Origin: Basidiobolus meristosporus CBS 931.73
Taxonomy: Eukaryota > Fungi > Basidiobolomycota
Direction: 5' to 3'
NCBI GenBank assembly: GCA_002104905.1
Contig: MCFE01000314.1
Location: 1-64,000 of the forward strand
DNA: 64,000 nucleotides
Shown here: piece by piece, positions 33,878-46,070 of the stretch
How the letters are laid out: each line of letters opens with the position of its first letter
Numbering within the stretch: position 1 is the stretch's first letter
Notes under the pieces: generated by a model
What the model saw: the letters and a program-made list of their open reading frames with translations, nothing else
Told to the model about the DNA's origin: nothing
Databases searched by the model: none
Translations under genes and position numbers: made by a program

Positions 33878-35130
33878 TTAATACCGGCTGGGATAGTAGT
33901 CCGACTCTGGGTCTTCCAAGAACCCCTTGACCTCCCATTGATCTGGCTTGTAATCCACGGTATATTCCAGGTCATCTTTGGTGATGGAATCCCAGTACTT
34001 GTAGACCATCATGACTGCGAACAGGGTGCACAGGACAGTGAAGAACAGCCCATCAATATAATGGGAGATCAAGGAGCACACATCGTTGGTAAACACCAAC
34101 AGAATAACCTGCCCTATGGCAAATGATAAACCGGCCATCAGCATGTCCCCTAGGATAAAGCAGAATTAGTATGGACAATCAGGCGACTTGTGGTTGGCAT
34201 CGGTCTACCTAGAGGCCAGCGGTCGTTTAGGGTGTTAACGACCAGGATGATTTGAAGAATGAAATAGATCAGGAGAGCAGCGCCGTTAAAGATGAAGTAA
34301 ATGATCCAAAGTATCAATGGATTTCCAGCACTAAGCACGCCGGAACTACCGAACATGTTGCGGAAAGTTGCGACTGACACGAAGAAAGTCAACCCCCAAA
34401 CAAGCAAAGAAGTGATACGGATTGACTAGAAGTTTCGTTAGGATCGGATTGAATGCAGATCAACAGCAGTGTAGTGTTTACCCAGAGCGATAAAGGAGTT
34501 CCGTCCTCGGCAAACTGAAATCCGACGAACCCGTTCAGAAGCAAGCACCATACCGAAGCGGTTATCAATCCAATATGTGCGGCTACAAACCACTATATCA
34601 TCACCGGAACATGTAAATAAATGGAATGGCCAAGTGAGAGGAATTGAAGGGAACTAACGGGATATACGCTTGAAGAGATGGGGATAAATCCTCCAATTAG
34701 CAAGAACTCTAGAAGCACCGTCACCGTGTACAAGTAGAAAAAGGACAGCATTTCCTGACGACCTGGTAGCTTCTATTAGTATCCGGACACCAGTTGGCTC
34801 AGCTTTGCCTTTTTAACTTGCACTTACCGACTGCGGTGTATTTAACTCGAATATTGTAGATCATTACCACCGTCATAAGTATCGCGATAATGTACGCGGC
34901 CAGTGCACCTTTAACATAGCAAGAAGTCAATCACCCTGTTGTTGGTTTAGCCCGGTAGGCCAGTGAATTCACATACCAGGTTGGAAAACCAGAAACCCGC
35001 CGAAGTCTAAATTACGCGAAAAGCATACGGGAATGGTGCGAGAGGCCTGTGGGCCAACCAAAGGGCATAAGGGAAAGGCCAGAGTGCCGCAAAACTGGTC
35101 AAAGCTGCCAAACTTTAGTGTTGTCAGCAT
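33878..35130 (-). CDS. CHS7: Chitin synthase ER export chaperone Chs7, paralog 2 (multi-exon)
   Basis: [85 protein letters not shown]. Confidence 0.92.
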
Positions 35131-36235
35131 TGGGTATTATGTACGAGTTGTGTGAAGAGTAAGTACAAAGTGAGAATGAAAGGATGAAGGCGAAACTGGA
35201 ATAGTTCCTAAAATGTGGTTGCAAGAATCAAAAACGCTACAAGGAGAAGGGTGAGAGTTGCCGAGTGCTGGATGTTAATATATATTGAGACGGTTGAAAA
35301 TGGAGGCAGACGCTACAATAAGAACAATATGATTCAACTGGAATTCAACCCAGATATTCGATGGCGCATCCTAAGACTTGTTTGCACCTGCCATTTTGGG
35401 ACTCAATCAGACTTAAGAACATGCCTAGCTATAGATTACCAATTTCCCCTAATTAGACAATAGTGGTGTGGATGCCCAACGACAATAACCAACAAAGGAC
35501 TGGAATTTTCGGTTGTCAACCACCCACTACAATGCGAACAATCTCTTCGTTGGCAGCGAGAATTGTGAACAACTCCATTGTGCCGACGGTCAGTTGGGAT
35601 GACAACTAGAATATCACATATTGGCCAGGTTCCGTTCTCTGCATTGTTAACCAAATTTGTCTCGACACACAAATGATGTTAGGTTTTTTTTCCATTTTCG
35701 GCCACAATTGTCCCCACAGAAGGACCAGTCAATGAGATTGATTGGTTGCATATTAGATTAGATTTAAACTTTTAAAATCACCCATGATAGTAAGCCAGTG
35801 TGCGCTCTTGATTGGCCGATATTCAGGAATTCATTCTTATTTTTAGCTTTTATCAAAGCTCGAATTGTACAGGCGAGATTATTCAGGTTGACGTATTGGG
35901 CATAACCCGCGCTCACCGTGTCACCAAGCGGAGGTTACTTCTTCGAAATAGTGCATAAATTATGTTCAACTTTGTGACACAAAACGGATTCATTCCAGCC
36001 AGAACACTCGAGTTTCCATATGTACTTCGTTTCATCTGAACTTCTTTATGAACACCACGGGGATTGAAAAGCGAGGTAAATGAAAACTAGCATTTGAGCA
36101 TCGTCAGCGAAAATGACCAGGGGATTTACACCGAAAATCTGTGACCAGTGATGGGTTGTCTGGCCAGTGGGTCTAAGCTACGCAATGTAGAGCCCAATCA
36201 GTTCCCGTGCTATGCATTAATCAACACCACATGAT

Positions 36236-37487
36236 TCATCTGATGGAATAGTGAGAGATGCGCGTATTTCCGGAGTCTCGTTTGGATGCTGTCCGTCTTG
36301 GGATGCTACTATTGCTAGTTCGTGAATAGACGGTTTCTTCTGATAATGCCTTGGGCTTATCCAAACATGCAAGCGGCAATGCTCCCTCGCCGCCACGAGT
36401 GAGGTTGCGGCCCACACCCCAGCCATCTTCGAATGACATCAATATGGCTACTCTATCATTTGGTAGGATATGTAGTTCGTCGGGTAGTATAGGTTCGTAG
36501 GGATATATACATGTATATACTGAGGGGAGAGATGCCATGTGATCGGTATCTATGGTTGGACTTCTTGTATCTGAGGGCGATGTACTCGGATTGAGGTTAT
36601 CGATGCTGCCAGTGATCTGGGTATGCTGCCGCTTCTTTTTGAAATAATACCATAGACCGGCAACCAAACCAATCATGCCCAGACAGCCCAGTACGATGGG
36701 TAGGATTAATATGAGCTGCTTTCTAGATGTGTTATTGTTGGATATGCACGAGCGGCCGCTATCCGAGTTGCAGCACGCCGCTTGTGGGTTATTAGCGCAG
36801 TAAATACAAAAAGCCGTGCGATCCAGGGTAAGCGAATAGCCTTAATACAAGTCAAAGAGTAAGTAAATGTATACTTTGATGAAAAAGGATAAACATACCG
36901 CAAACAGTATCTGGGGAGTCCTTAGGCTGTACACAATCTGTCTGAGTACCATTAAATGGAAAAGAACCGCACCAGCCTTGGGTAATTGTGGCTCTTTTTG
37001 TTTCCAGGTCACCAGGCGATTTACAAAGTGTCTGGTTGCCCCACAGGAATTCCCACTGCTTTACGTTGGCAACACAATCCGTTAGACAAGTTGGTGGTAC
37101 TGGATTGTTCAAATTGCACGTTTTAGAGAGGGGATTTTCCAAAAGCGTTCTACAATAAAATAGCGAACGAAATGGCGGGAAATAAACACCGTCCCAAGTG
37201 CTCAGTGGGTTGCAATTGAAGTAGCTCGAAATCCTCATAATGTCCTGTGGCGAACCAAAATAATACTCCATAGCCCGGTCAAGTGCGACCGCATTAGTGA
37301 CTACGTTCCCATCTATCAGCATTTTGTTGGAGAGATAATAGTTGCCGTAACTTCCGCCACAGTATTTGGAACTACTTAAGGCGTAACAACCGGGGGGAGC
37401 TTCAGTTTCCTTGGACTGACTATATGTTTGTGGGGTTGAATCTAGAAGCAGCAGGAGAATTGGAAGAAGGTAGCGTTTTACCTTCAT
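36236..37487 (-). CDS. Type I membrane protein: Cys-rich ectodomain, single TM, cytoplasmic SH3
   Basis: Exons 37487-36899 and 36840-36236. Signal peptide, at least 14 Cys in the ectodomain, TM LILILPIVLGCLGMIGLVAGLWYYF-KKKR, SH3 YPYEPILPDELHI...FEDGWGVG...GALPLACL. Confidence 0.85.
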
Positions 37488-38003
37488 GTGATTAAATAAT
37501 AGGTAGAGAAATGCAGTGTGGGTTGAAAAGAGAGGAGGTAAAGACTACAGAATATATAATGCACACTATTTTTAGAAAAGGAAAAGGTGGCGAGGGTAGG
37601 GAAAATAAAGGAATTATCTGAGATGGTACATGAAATAAGTATCTGAGACTTCCAAGTAAATGTCCACTAACATTGAGAAATGGAAGGTGATTGGTTTGGC
37701 TGATATTGAAGCTAAACGTGCCAATTGACACAAAGTGGGCGGTTTGCAGCCACCGAAAGCAATATCGAATATTCCATTTGTACAAATTGTTTGGCTGAAC
37801 GGTCTCTAACCTAACCCAAAATCATTGAACATTCTCAAAAACCATCGACTTGTTGACCCCTCGGCGTCGGTAGCGATATTCTTAGTACAATGGATCATCG
37901 AATAAAATGGCCCGTCAGTCTGGATAAAGTATATTTCTATGAGTGAATATGGAATGGAGAAAGTATATTTCTGAGTGAATGCGGAGTGGTCGAGTGAATG
38001 CAG

Positions 38004-38465
38004 CTATTTCTTCATCGATTTCTCCATTTCTAAAAACGCCTTCATGGCAGGATCTATGTCGGATTCCTTGCTCAACTCCTGCTCTAAATCTTGGGGCAGT
38101 GATTCACCTCGAGCTTGATAACTACTCTTGATCTTGTTGACTGCCGCGTTGAATTCCTTCATATCATCATTGTATATATCCCATACGCTAGAATCACTTC
38201 AGCACGGTTGTTATAAGCATATGTATAGAGCACCGTGGCTTACCAGTTCACGCATCCACTAGAAAGCAAGCGGGTTAAATTTGCGTTTGACTGAATCGAG
38301 CAAACTTGCGCTTTACCTCATGCAGCAAGTAGTTGGTTCTTGCGGTCTTTCCGGAAGTCCATATTTCTTCAGAACCGCCGAGGTGAACAACCTGTGGAAG
38401 GGTCTGTTATGCAATAGTCTAATACAGGGGTGTGGGAAATTCTTGCTAACGGAGAGGGCAAGCAT
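38004..38465 (-). CDS. Oxidoreductase-like N-terminal domain protein (OXLD1/UPF0651-like), probably mitochondrial
   Basis: Spliced PERPQEPTTCCMSGCVNCVWDIYNDDM...DPAMKAFLEMEK, with a basic presequence-like N-terminus. Confidence 0.75.
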
Positions 38466-38916
38466 GATTGTCAATGACGGAGGGATTGATTAGCTATGCC
38501 AGTTAAATAATCAACTATGCCCCTCTGCTCGCGAGAACACGTGACACGTGCCTTTTGGGGCATCGGTGGCATTAGTCAGAGATTTGTAATCATCTGCCGC
38601 AGAGCTGTCTACAATATATTTATTATATTTTTTCATCGGTTTTCTTGCGAAAGTGGGAAGATTGTGGTGGACAGATGAAAGTATTCACAAAGAGACAAAA
38701 TAACTAAAAAGTATTGCGCGTGTTCGAATGGTGATGAAATAAAGATAAGAATATCGGGATAGGAAGAAGCCATAGAATCAATTCAACCGGTCTTGAAAAA
38801 TCAGAGAGGTTCTCTCTAATATCTATATAATAGTGGGATTATATTGGGTGGAAAGCGAGGGAGAAACGTTTATACTTTCTAACTACATTTCTCTGTTGCA
38901 TATCCTTTCTACCAAT

Positions 38917-40551
38917 TTATTCTGACTTCTTCTTCTTCTTCTTATCCTTCTTCTCCTTCTTGTCCGACTTCTTCTCAGCCTTTTCTACCTTCTTCTCTCC
39001 CTTCTCAGTCTTCTTCTTTTTCTTCTTCTTGTCAGCGTCATCTTCGGCATCACGCTTCTTGGCAGGGGCAGCGACTTCCTCATCCTCATCATCAAGGTTG
39101 TCCATAACGGACTTCATGACATCAGCATTCTTGGAGGGGGCAGCTCCAGATTCGTAGAAAGCCAATCTGTCCTCAACTTGTTGCTTAAGAGCCTCACCAA
39201 ACTTGGTGGTGGGCTTCTCGAGGAAGCAATCGATACGGGAAGCAATGGAACATTTGTTGGCAAGGAAACGAGAAACGCGTCCCTTGTTCTTGGTTCCAGC
39301 ACGACCAATGAAGGAGGAGTGGTAGATGAGACCGTACTTGGGGGTGTTGCCCTTGGTCTTGAGGGCTCTGAAGAGGGCCTTTTCGGCACCGAGGATTTGA
39401 ACAGTGGAGGCAGGGTACTTGGCAAGGTTGGTCAAGGAACCGGCGTGGGAAATAAGACGAGCACCAACAACTTCACCAATAAGTTGGGAAAGATTGGGAG
39501 CAATGTGAGACATCTTGCTGTTCAAGTAATCGTGAAGCTCCTTGCGGTAGTTGGAAAGGGAGACGACACGAGTAGCGAAGTTCTCGATGTTGAGCATGTC
39601 AAACTCGGAGATGTCGGTACCCATGGAGGTACGGGCAGCATCCAAGATTTGCTTGGCCTTGTCGGCATCACCAGTGATCTCCTCGAGGGCTTCGAGGCTC
39701 TCCTCACTCAAAGAGCTCTTGTTCTTGACAAGCTTAGCAACCTGAGCGAATTGGGCGTTGTCGTTGACAATCTTGGAGAGTTCGGGGAAGTGCCATCCGT
39801 ACCATTCTCTGACGCGCATGGAGAATGTGTTAAGATCTTTGTCAAGTTGATCGAGCAAAGCAATGGCTTGGATAACCATGTTGTCGGAACGGTTGACGTT
39901 GAACTTAACCTTGGCACGGGAGTAGGAGTGACCCAAACCCAATTGTGCTTTCTCCAAATCGCCCTCCTTCAATTGCTTGAGGAGCTTATCAGCGTGGAAT
40001 CTGATACCACGAATGAGCTCTTGGGCAAGCTCACCAGTGGAGCACTCAATACCGAGTTCGGCCTTGATGGAACCGGCAAGGTTCTTCTCGGTAACGCCCA
40101 ACTCAACCTTGGACTTCTTGCTAGATTTGGGGAGGTTCATCTCGAGGAAGGCCTTCAAGGTCTCGTTACAGATACCTGATAGAGAAGGTTTAGCTAGGGG
40201 TCCGGAGCACACGCAATATTATCCACGATTTACCTTCGGAAACGTCGTTGGCGTTTTCCAAAGCGTGAGCGGCGTTCTTGAAAGGAACGAATGACTTGAG
40301 CTTGATCATTTTGCCGAATTTGGCGAGATCCAAGAAGCTTTCTTGAACCTCGTCAAGCTTTGAACCGATTTCCTCGGATTCGAGTCTCTCAAAGAGAGCG
40401 TAGCCAGAAGCACTTTCGAACAAGACGTAGTTGACCTAACAATATAAGAACAGCCTCGGTAAGTAACAGGTATCATACGCAGGGGAGGCATAGAGGACAC
40501 TAGGATAAAACTAGAGGGAGGATAGATAATAGAAGATAGGACGCTAACCAT
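38917..40551 (-). CDS. NOP56: Box C/D snoRNP core protein Nop56
   Basis: [68 protein letters not shown] (Nop56-type rather than Nop58), KKE/D tail. Confidence 0.95.
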
Positions 40552-40565
40552 GACTGAAAAACAGA

Positions 40566-40815
40566 ACTCTCGGTATGTGGTTAGTTGGTAAGGAGAAACG
40601 CACGACCAAGTTAGAAAAGAGACTGTTGGTAGTTGGTTTTTCTATTTCATGAATACCAAACTCTCGGTCACTACCTTTTTTCCAACATTTTCAGTCAAGA
40701 AAAAAAAATCACTTTTTTTCTGAATTCACTGATCATTGGCTCCTACACACCATTCTAGTATTAGCTTTTGATTTTTCTCTTTTTTTTCCTAGTCATTTTT
40801 TTTTCCACCGAGAGT
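40566..40815. promoter_or_regulatory. Three copies of the 9-mer ACTCTCGGT upstream of NOP56
   Basis: Exact copies at 40566-40574 and 40660-40668, and an inverted copy (ACCGAGAGT) at 40807-40815. Confidence 0.45.
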
Positions 40816-41036
40816 AAAAAAACGAGCCATTCTCTGGGCATTTGGTGTATACTTTGGGCAAATTAGTGTTTACTTTATGTAATTAGACTAGATGAATGGG
40901 GTAGGGATAGAGTAGCGCTTGAGGTAGATTGGACTGTGACGGGTATAGGGAACGGGCTATTACATAGGACTGGCGACTGAGATTAAGGCAAGGTTGGGTA
41001 GAGAGACGCCGATGTATATACAATTTATGTGTATTA

Positions 41037-41891
41037 TCATACAATCAAATTGGGATCCGGCCATTCGACACCGCTCATAAGCTTGTGAAAATTATACATG
41101 CACTGCCGCTCGTTTTCGTTCAGCTTCTCTTCGCTTTCGAAGCAGTTTTCGATACACTCCCGGGACAGCTGGACCAGCTTCACTACATCTTCTGTCTCGA
41201 GGTCTCCAGGGAACACCGCATTCAACGCATAATGCACCGCAAAAATCGCCTCGCGACCGCCCTTGAATTCCAAGTACTTTGGGTTGAAAGCCTGTAGCTC
41301 CTGCTCAAACTTGGCCACAATGCTCTCTTGTTTTTCCCCATGTGGCATGAAGAAGTTGACATATGAGTAGGTGTATATTCTATCCGCAATGGTGTGGTAC
41401 AGTCGATCAAGGTTATCAGGATCTTCGCCGGCACCGGACTTCGTTGGGATGTAGTCGGGCAAGTGGCTCATGAGCCTGACTGCGAAGTAGATAGCTCTTG
41501 CCTTGCATATACCCTGCTCAGGGAAAAAGATGTCGTATATATCCGATCCCTGGGCTCCTTCCTTTCGTTGTTTAATCAATAAACGCATGGTACGGACAAA
41601 GTTTCCAGAACTTCGTGGAGTGAGGGTGGGGTTCCGGCGTAGAGTGGTAGGCTCGGTTTGCTTTGGGCTAGGTTGGGGTGAATGAGGGGGAGTAATGGGC
41701 CGCTCTGGGTATGTTTGGGGAAGGTAATTAGTGTGTTGATAATATTCTCGCTCAGAGTCATCTAAGTCTAGGTCATCCTGGAAGCGGTGATAACTGTTTT
41801 CTACAGTTGTGGAGTGGGTCCCTTTGGGGAGATGCGCTTTGGTTTTCTCAGTTACTCGACGAATGGCTTTGGTTAAACGCTTATTCAACAT
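41037..41891 (-). CDS. Hypothetical protein, 284 aa, no recognised domain
   Basis: Long intronless ORF with ATG at 41891: low-complexity Pro/Ser N-terminal half and helical-looking C-terminal half. Confidence 0.65.
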   Translation of the reverse strand: MLNKRLTKAIRRVTEKTKAHLPKGTHSTTVENSYHRFQDDLDLDDSEREYYQHTNYLPQTYPERPITPPHSPQPSPKQTEPTTLRRNPTLTPRSSGNFVRTMRLLIKQRKEGAQGSDIYDIFFPEQGICKARAIYFAVRLMSHLPDYIPTKSGAGEDPDNLDRLYHTIADRIYTYSYVNFFMPHGEKQESIVAKFEQELQAFNPKYLEFKGGREAIFAVHYALNAVFPGDLETEDVVKLVQLSRECIENCFESEEKLNENERQCMYNFHKLMSGVEWPDPNLIV

Positions 41892-42320
41892 TACGTTTTG
41901 GATGGGACGGTCAAGTGTATGTTGAAACAATAATGTGCGCAGAGTAAAATGGGGGGGGTGTACTTCGAAAGACTACGGATACGATAAATCGGATAATTCA
42001 ATAAGGTTAACAGCCACCTGGATCTATGAAGTGATATGCTGTGAGGTAAATAATAGAGGAATGATGGAGATGTAGGCCAAGATTGGTTCAAAGCGTCAGA
42101 CAGATATATAAAAGCGTGCCTTGTGAAGCCAGCCTGTGATTTTATATTCAATAAACGCTCACAACAAAATTATCCGATCTTTATCTGAATAAATTTGGTG
42201 AACCCTACATAATCGAAGTGGCTGTCTTCATACGCACACACGCATCAAAATAAAGGCAAGGTCACATCAATCACGTGGCTGATTATCCAGATTGTTTATC
42301 CAACACAGTTAATTCCATGG

Positions 42321-43263
42321 CTAAATATCGCCCCACACACGAACATCGGGCCAGGAAGAGGCGACTTGCTGAATGAATGATTTTGCCAGTAGGCGATGCA
42401 TGTGAAGAGTTACATGCACAGGATCCCAAAATAGGTAGTCATCTGTGTTCTCACATTGGCTAGCGTACCCTTCTGGCACGTGGAATATACAAGGCCTGTG
42501 AGTAACCGGGAAGGTCCCATCCTCCATGGCTTTAACGAAAACCCGGTGTATGTCCCATAGGACAACTTTGCGCCGCGCGGCAAAGAATGCTGCCAATGAG
42601 AGAATCTGTCTATTGTAAGCGTCAACAACCGTCCGAAGCCGGTCTTGTTTAATTCGATCGAATCGAGCCCCTGGAAAGCGATCCAAAGGTGGAAGTGTGG
42701 TCAGGATGATATTATGGACCCCATTTCTGGTCAGACGATAGATGGACTCTCGGAACGCTCTGATCATCTGATATGGGTTCGCCTCTGGATCGTCCAAAAA
42801 CTCCAGTCCGTTGAAAAAGATCACCACCAACGCGCGTAGAATTCTATCAGGCGGCACGGCCAAGAAGTCCTCTACTTGCTGTGTGATGCTGGGGATTGCG
42901 AGGCTTTCCGTGACGTTGGGGGCTTGAGTGACTTCATCAGCTTAACCAATAGTAGTTAGCAGGAGTTAATCATCGGGGTTTGGCATGAATACCTCGACAT
43001 CCACCGTAGGCATACATCAGGAGCGGAACATTTAGCGGTGGTGATGCAAGCTCAGACCATACCTGGTCATTGGAAAATCTGCCTCGGAAATATGGTCTTT
43101 GAGGCCAATGATTGCTGGTTGAGGTGAACGTGTTTCCAGTGTCGCTGTACCCATCTCCGATCACAACTAAACTTTGGATGGACGGCTGCCTTTGTGCGGT
43201 AATAAGACATGCGAAGTGCCACGCAATTGAGACATAGCTTAGGGTTATGTAAGTTCGTCTCAT
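42321..43263 (-). CDS. Secreted GDSL/SGNH hydrolase-like protein (CE16/thermolabile-hemolysin type) with block I Ser replaced by Gly
   Basis: VVIGDGYSDTGN, GRFSNDQVW, YAYGG, YLFWDPVHVT; probably one intron near 42945-43000. Confidence 0.8.
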
Positions 43264-43700
43264 CGTGCTTAGCAGTCACCTGTCCCACTGGAGGGTTTAT
43301 ATTTAATTTGATTTCTAAGCCGAATCCATATAGGTTGATTAATTCAAGCCCGCAGCTTGATTGGCTATGCGGGCGCCTTACCCCACCATAATATGCTTAG
43401 AGATACCAAGGTTACATGGGGGAAAATATATCCACAGAACTACCAATTATATTCAGAATTGGTATAATGAAGTTGGGCTATGTGCTTTGGTGCCTGCGGT
43501 CCAATAAGTTAGGCAAGCAAGAGTTCAAAAAAATTTCTTCGTCCAATCAACCAAATGTGGAAATCTGCTTATGATAAGTCAAGTTATGGATGCGCACATG
43601 TGTGGAGTCGGTGCTGTTAAATTTTGCACTGTGGGTGGCATTCTTCTTTGTCTAGTTCACTGTCTTGTATATCCCGTCGAGTGCTTGATATTTGGCAGCC

Positions 43701-45781
43701 ATGTTCGCTTTAAGACTACCTTCGATGGCTTGTCGAGCCCCGCTCAAGCCCAGTTATGGCCTGTTTGGTCTACGTACAAGTGTGGAAGCACCTGTCCTCA
43801 ACAAGTCCCTTGGCCAGGCCACTTACCGCTTCCTACGCGCCTATTCCAGTGCCGCTGCGGACCCAGAGAACAAAGAAGCCGCTGTCAACACTCTTGGTAC
43901 CCTTATTGACTCGAAATTCATCCGAAATATTGGTATTATTGGTAAGTGCCACTGCCCAGGATACGTTTCAAAGACCGCTTCTAACGGTTTTGGTTTTGTG
44001 TAGCTCACGTCGATCACGGAAAAACCACCCTCGTCGACAGTTTGCTTCGCCAGTCCGGAACCTTACAAAACCTGTCTGATGTCCGTGTCATGGATTCCAA
44101 CGCGCTCGAGAAGGAGCGTGGTATTACCATTTTGTCCAAGGTGACCAGCATCATGTACAAAAATCACCGTATCAACATCGTCGATACCCCTGGTCACGCT
44201 GATTTCGGCGGCGAGGTCGAGCGTATCCTCTCGATGGTTGATGGCGTTGCTCTGGTGGTCGATGCCACCGAAGGCCCCATGACCCAAACAAAGTTTGTCC
44301 TCTCGAAAGCCTTGGAGGCTGGCCTGAAGCCCTTGGTGGTGATCAACAAGGTAGACAGACCTACCGCACGGACCGCCGAGGTTGACAGCGAGCTCCTTGA
44401 CCTTTTCATGACCTTGGGTGCCAATGACGACCAGTTGGAGTATCCAATTGTCTACGCATCTGGCAAGGATGGCTGGGCCGTGGAGAATGTGGGCGATGAG
44501 CCTCAAAACATGAACCCCCTCTTCGATCTGATTTTGGACCGCGTCCCCAGTCCAAATGTAGACAGAAGCTCGCCATTTTCGATGCTTGTTACACAAATAG
44601 AAAGCAACCCATACTTGGGTAAATGCTTCTTGGGCAAGATCACATCTGGCACCATCAAGGTGAATGATCGCCTTCACGCACTCGATCCCGAGGGTAATGT
44701 CACCGACGAGGCTCGTGTTACCAAGCTGTTCACTCGTACTGGCCTTGAGCAGATCATCGTGGACGAGGCTGGTGCTGGTGACATCATCACCATTGCTGGT
44801 GTCAAGAATGCCACCGTCAACTCAACTCTTTGCAATCCAGAGGTCGTGACCCCTCTTCCATCCACTCCAGTTGACCCACCTACGGTCTCCATGTTCTTTG
44901 GCGTTAATGACTCCCCCATTGCTGGACAAGAGGGCAAGTATCTCACCTCCACCATGATTCGCGATCGTCTCCTCAAAGAAGCCGAGACCAACGTTGCTCT
45001 TTCCGTGTCCCAAACCGCCGGCCAAGAGGGCGTGGAGGTGTGTGGAAGAGGTGAATTGCAACTTGGTATTCTCATTGAAACTATGCGTCGTGAGGGCTTT
45101 GAGCTGTCCATCTCCCCACCACGAGTGGTTCTTCGTAAAGACCCCAAGACCGGAGCCACCCTTGAGCCAGTGGAAGAGGTGACCATCGATGTGGATCACG
45201 AGTTCACCGGAACCATCATCGAGAAGTTGGCCCAACGTAAGGCTGAGATGAAGATCTTCACCGAAGCCGGAGACAAGGCGCGTCTCATTTTCCATTGCCC
45301 AACTCGTGGTCTCTTGGGCTACCACGCGGAGTTCAAGAACGATACTCGCGGATTGGGTGTGTTGAATCATATCTTCCATGCTTGGGAGCCATACAAGGGC
45401 GAGATGGAGAAAACTCGTAAAGGAGCCTTGGTATCAACCGCGGTCGGTGATTCAACCTCGTACGCGCTTTCCTTGATCGAGCCAAGAGGAAAGCTCTTCG
45501 TGTTGCCCGGCAACAAGATCTACACCGGCATGGTGATCGGCGAGTACAGCAAGGACACCTCTGACCTTGAGGTCAACCCTGTGCGTGCCAAGGCAGTCAA
45601 CAACATGAGAGCTGCTGGTAAGGACGACGCCATCAAACTCAGCCCTATCAAGCCCATGTCTCTCGAAGAAATTATCGCCTACGTTGGCAACGATGAGGTG
45701 GTGGAGGTCACCCCCGAGTCGATCCGCCTTCGTAAGAAGGAGCTTGATCCTACCAAGAGAAAGCAAAGATCCAAGAAATGA
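43701..45781 (+). CDS. typA: TypA/BipA translational GTPase with putative mitochondrial presequence
   Basis: Exons 43701-43941 and 44004-45781. RNIGIIAHVDHGKT, DTPGHADFGGEVER, NKVD, GRGELQLGIL, and the BipA-specific C-terminus EVTPESIRLRK. Confidence 0.93.
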
Positions 45782-46070
45782 AGCTGATTCGACTCGCACT
45801 CAATAGTCTATTGCACGTATTATCATAGCAACCCTCCATTCATTTATCACATAATCAACATTGAATAGACCCACTGAACCGCACCACTTCTCACATTCAA
45901 TTCCATTCTTCTGTAACTCTTGTCGTTTAGTGATACTTTGTAGCAGCATATAAACCGTTTTCCCATTGTTGAGTGGTGTTTATTTTTTCGATTATATTAC
46001 AGTACTCTAGCTTGTAAATACCCAACGCTGAGGTGAATCTAATTGATATGCTACAATCGCCAGTTCAGAG

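Noticed and set aside
39178-40179. 333-aa plus-strand ORF, and similar antisense ORFs over typA and DHX16
   Set aside because: Antisense shadows of highly codon-biased genes.
40436-40548. Intronic snoRNA in NOP56 intron 1
   Set aside because: No convincing C/D boxes or H/ACA hairpins seen.
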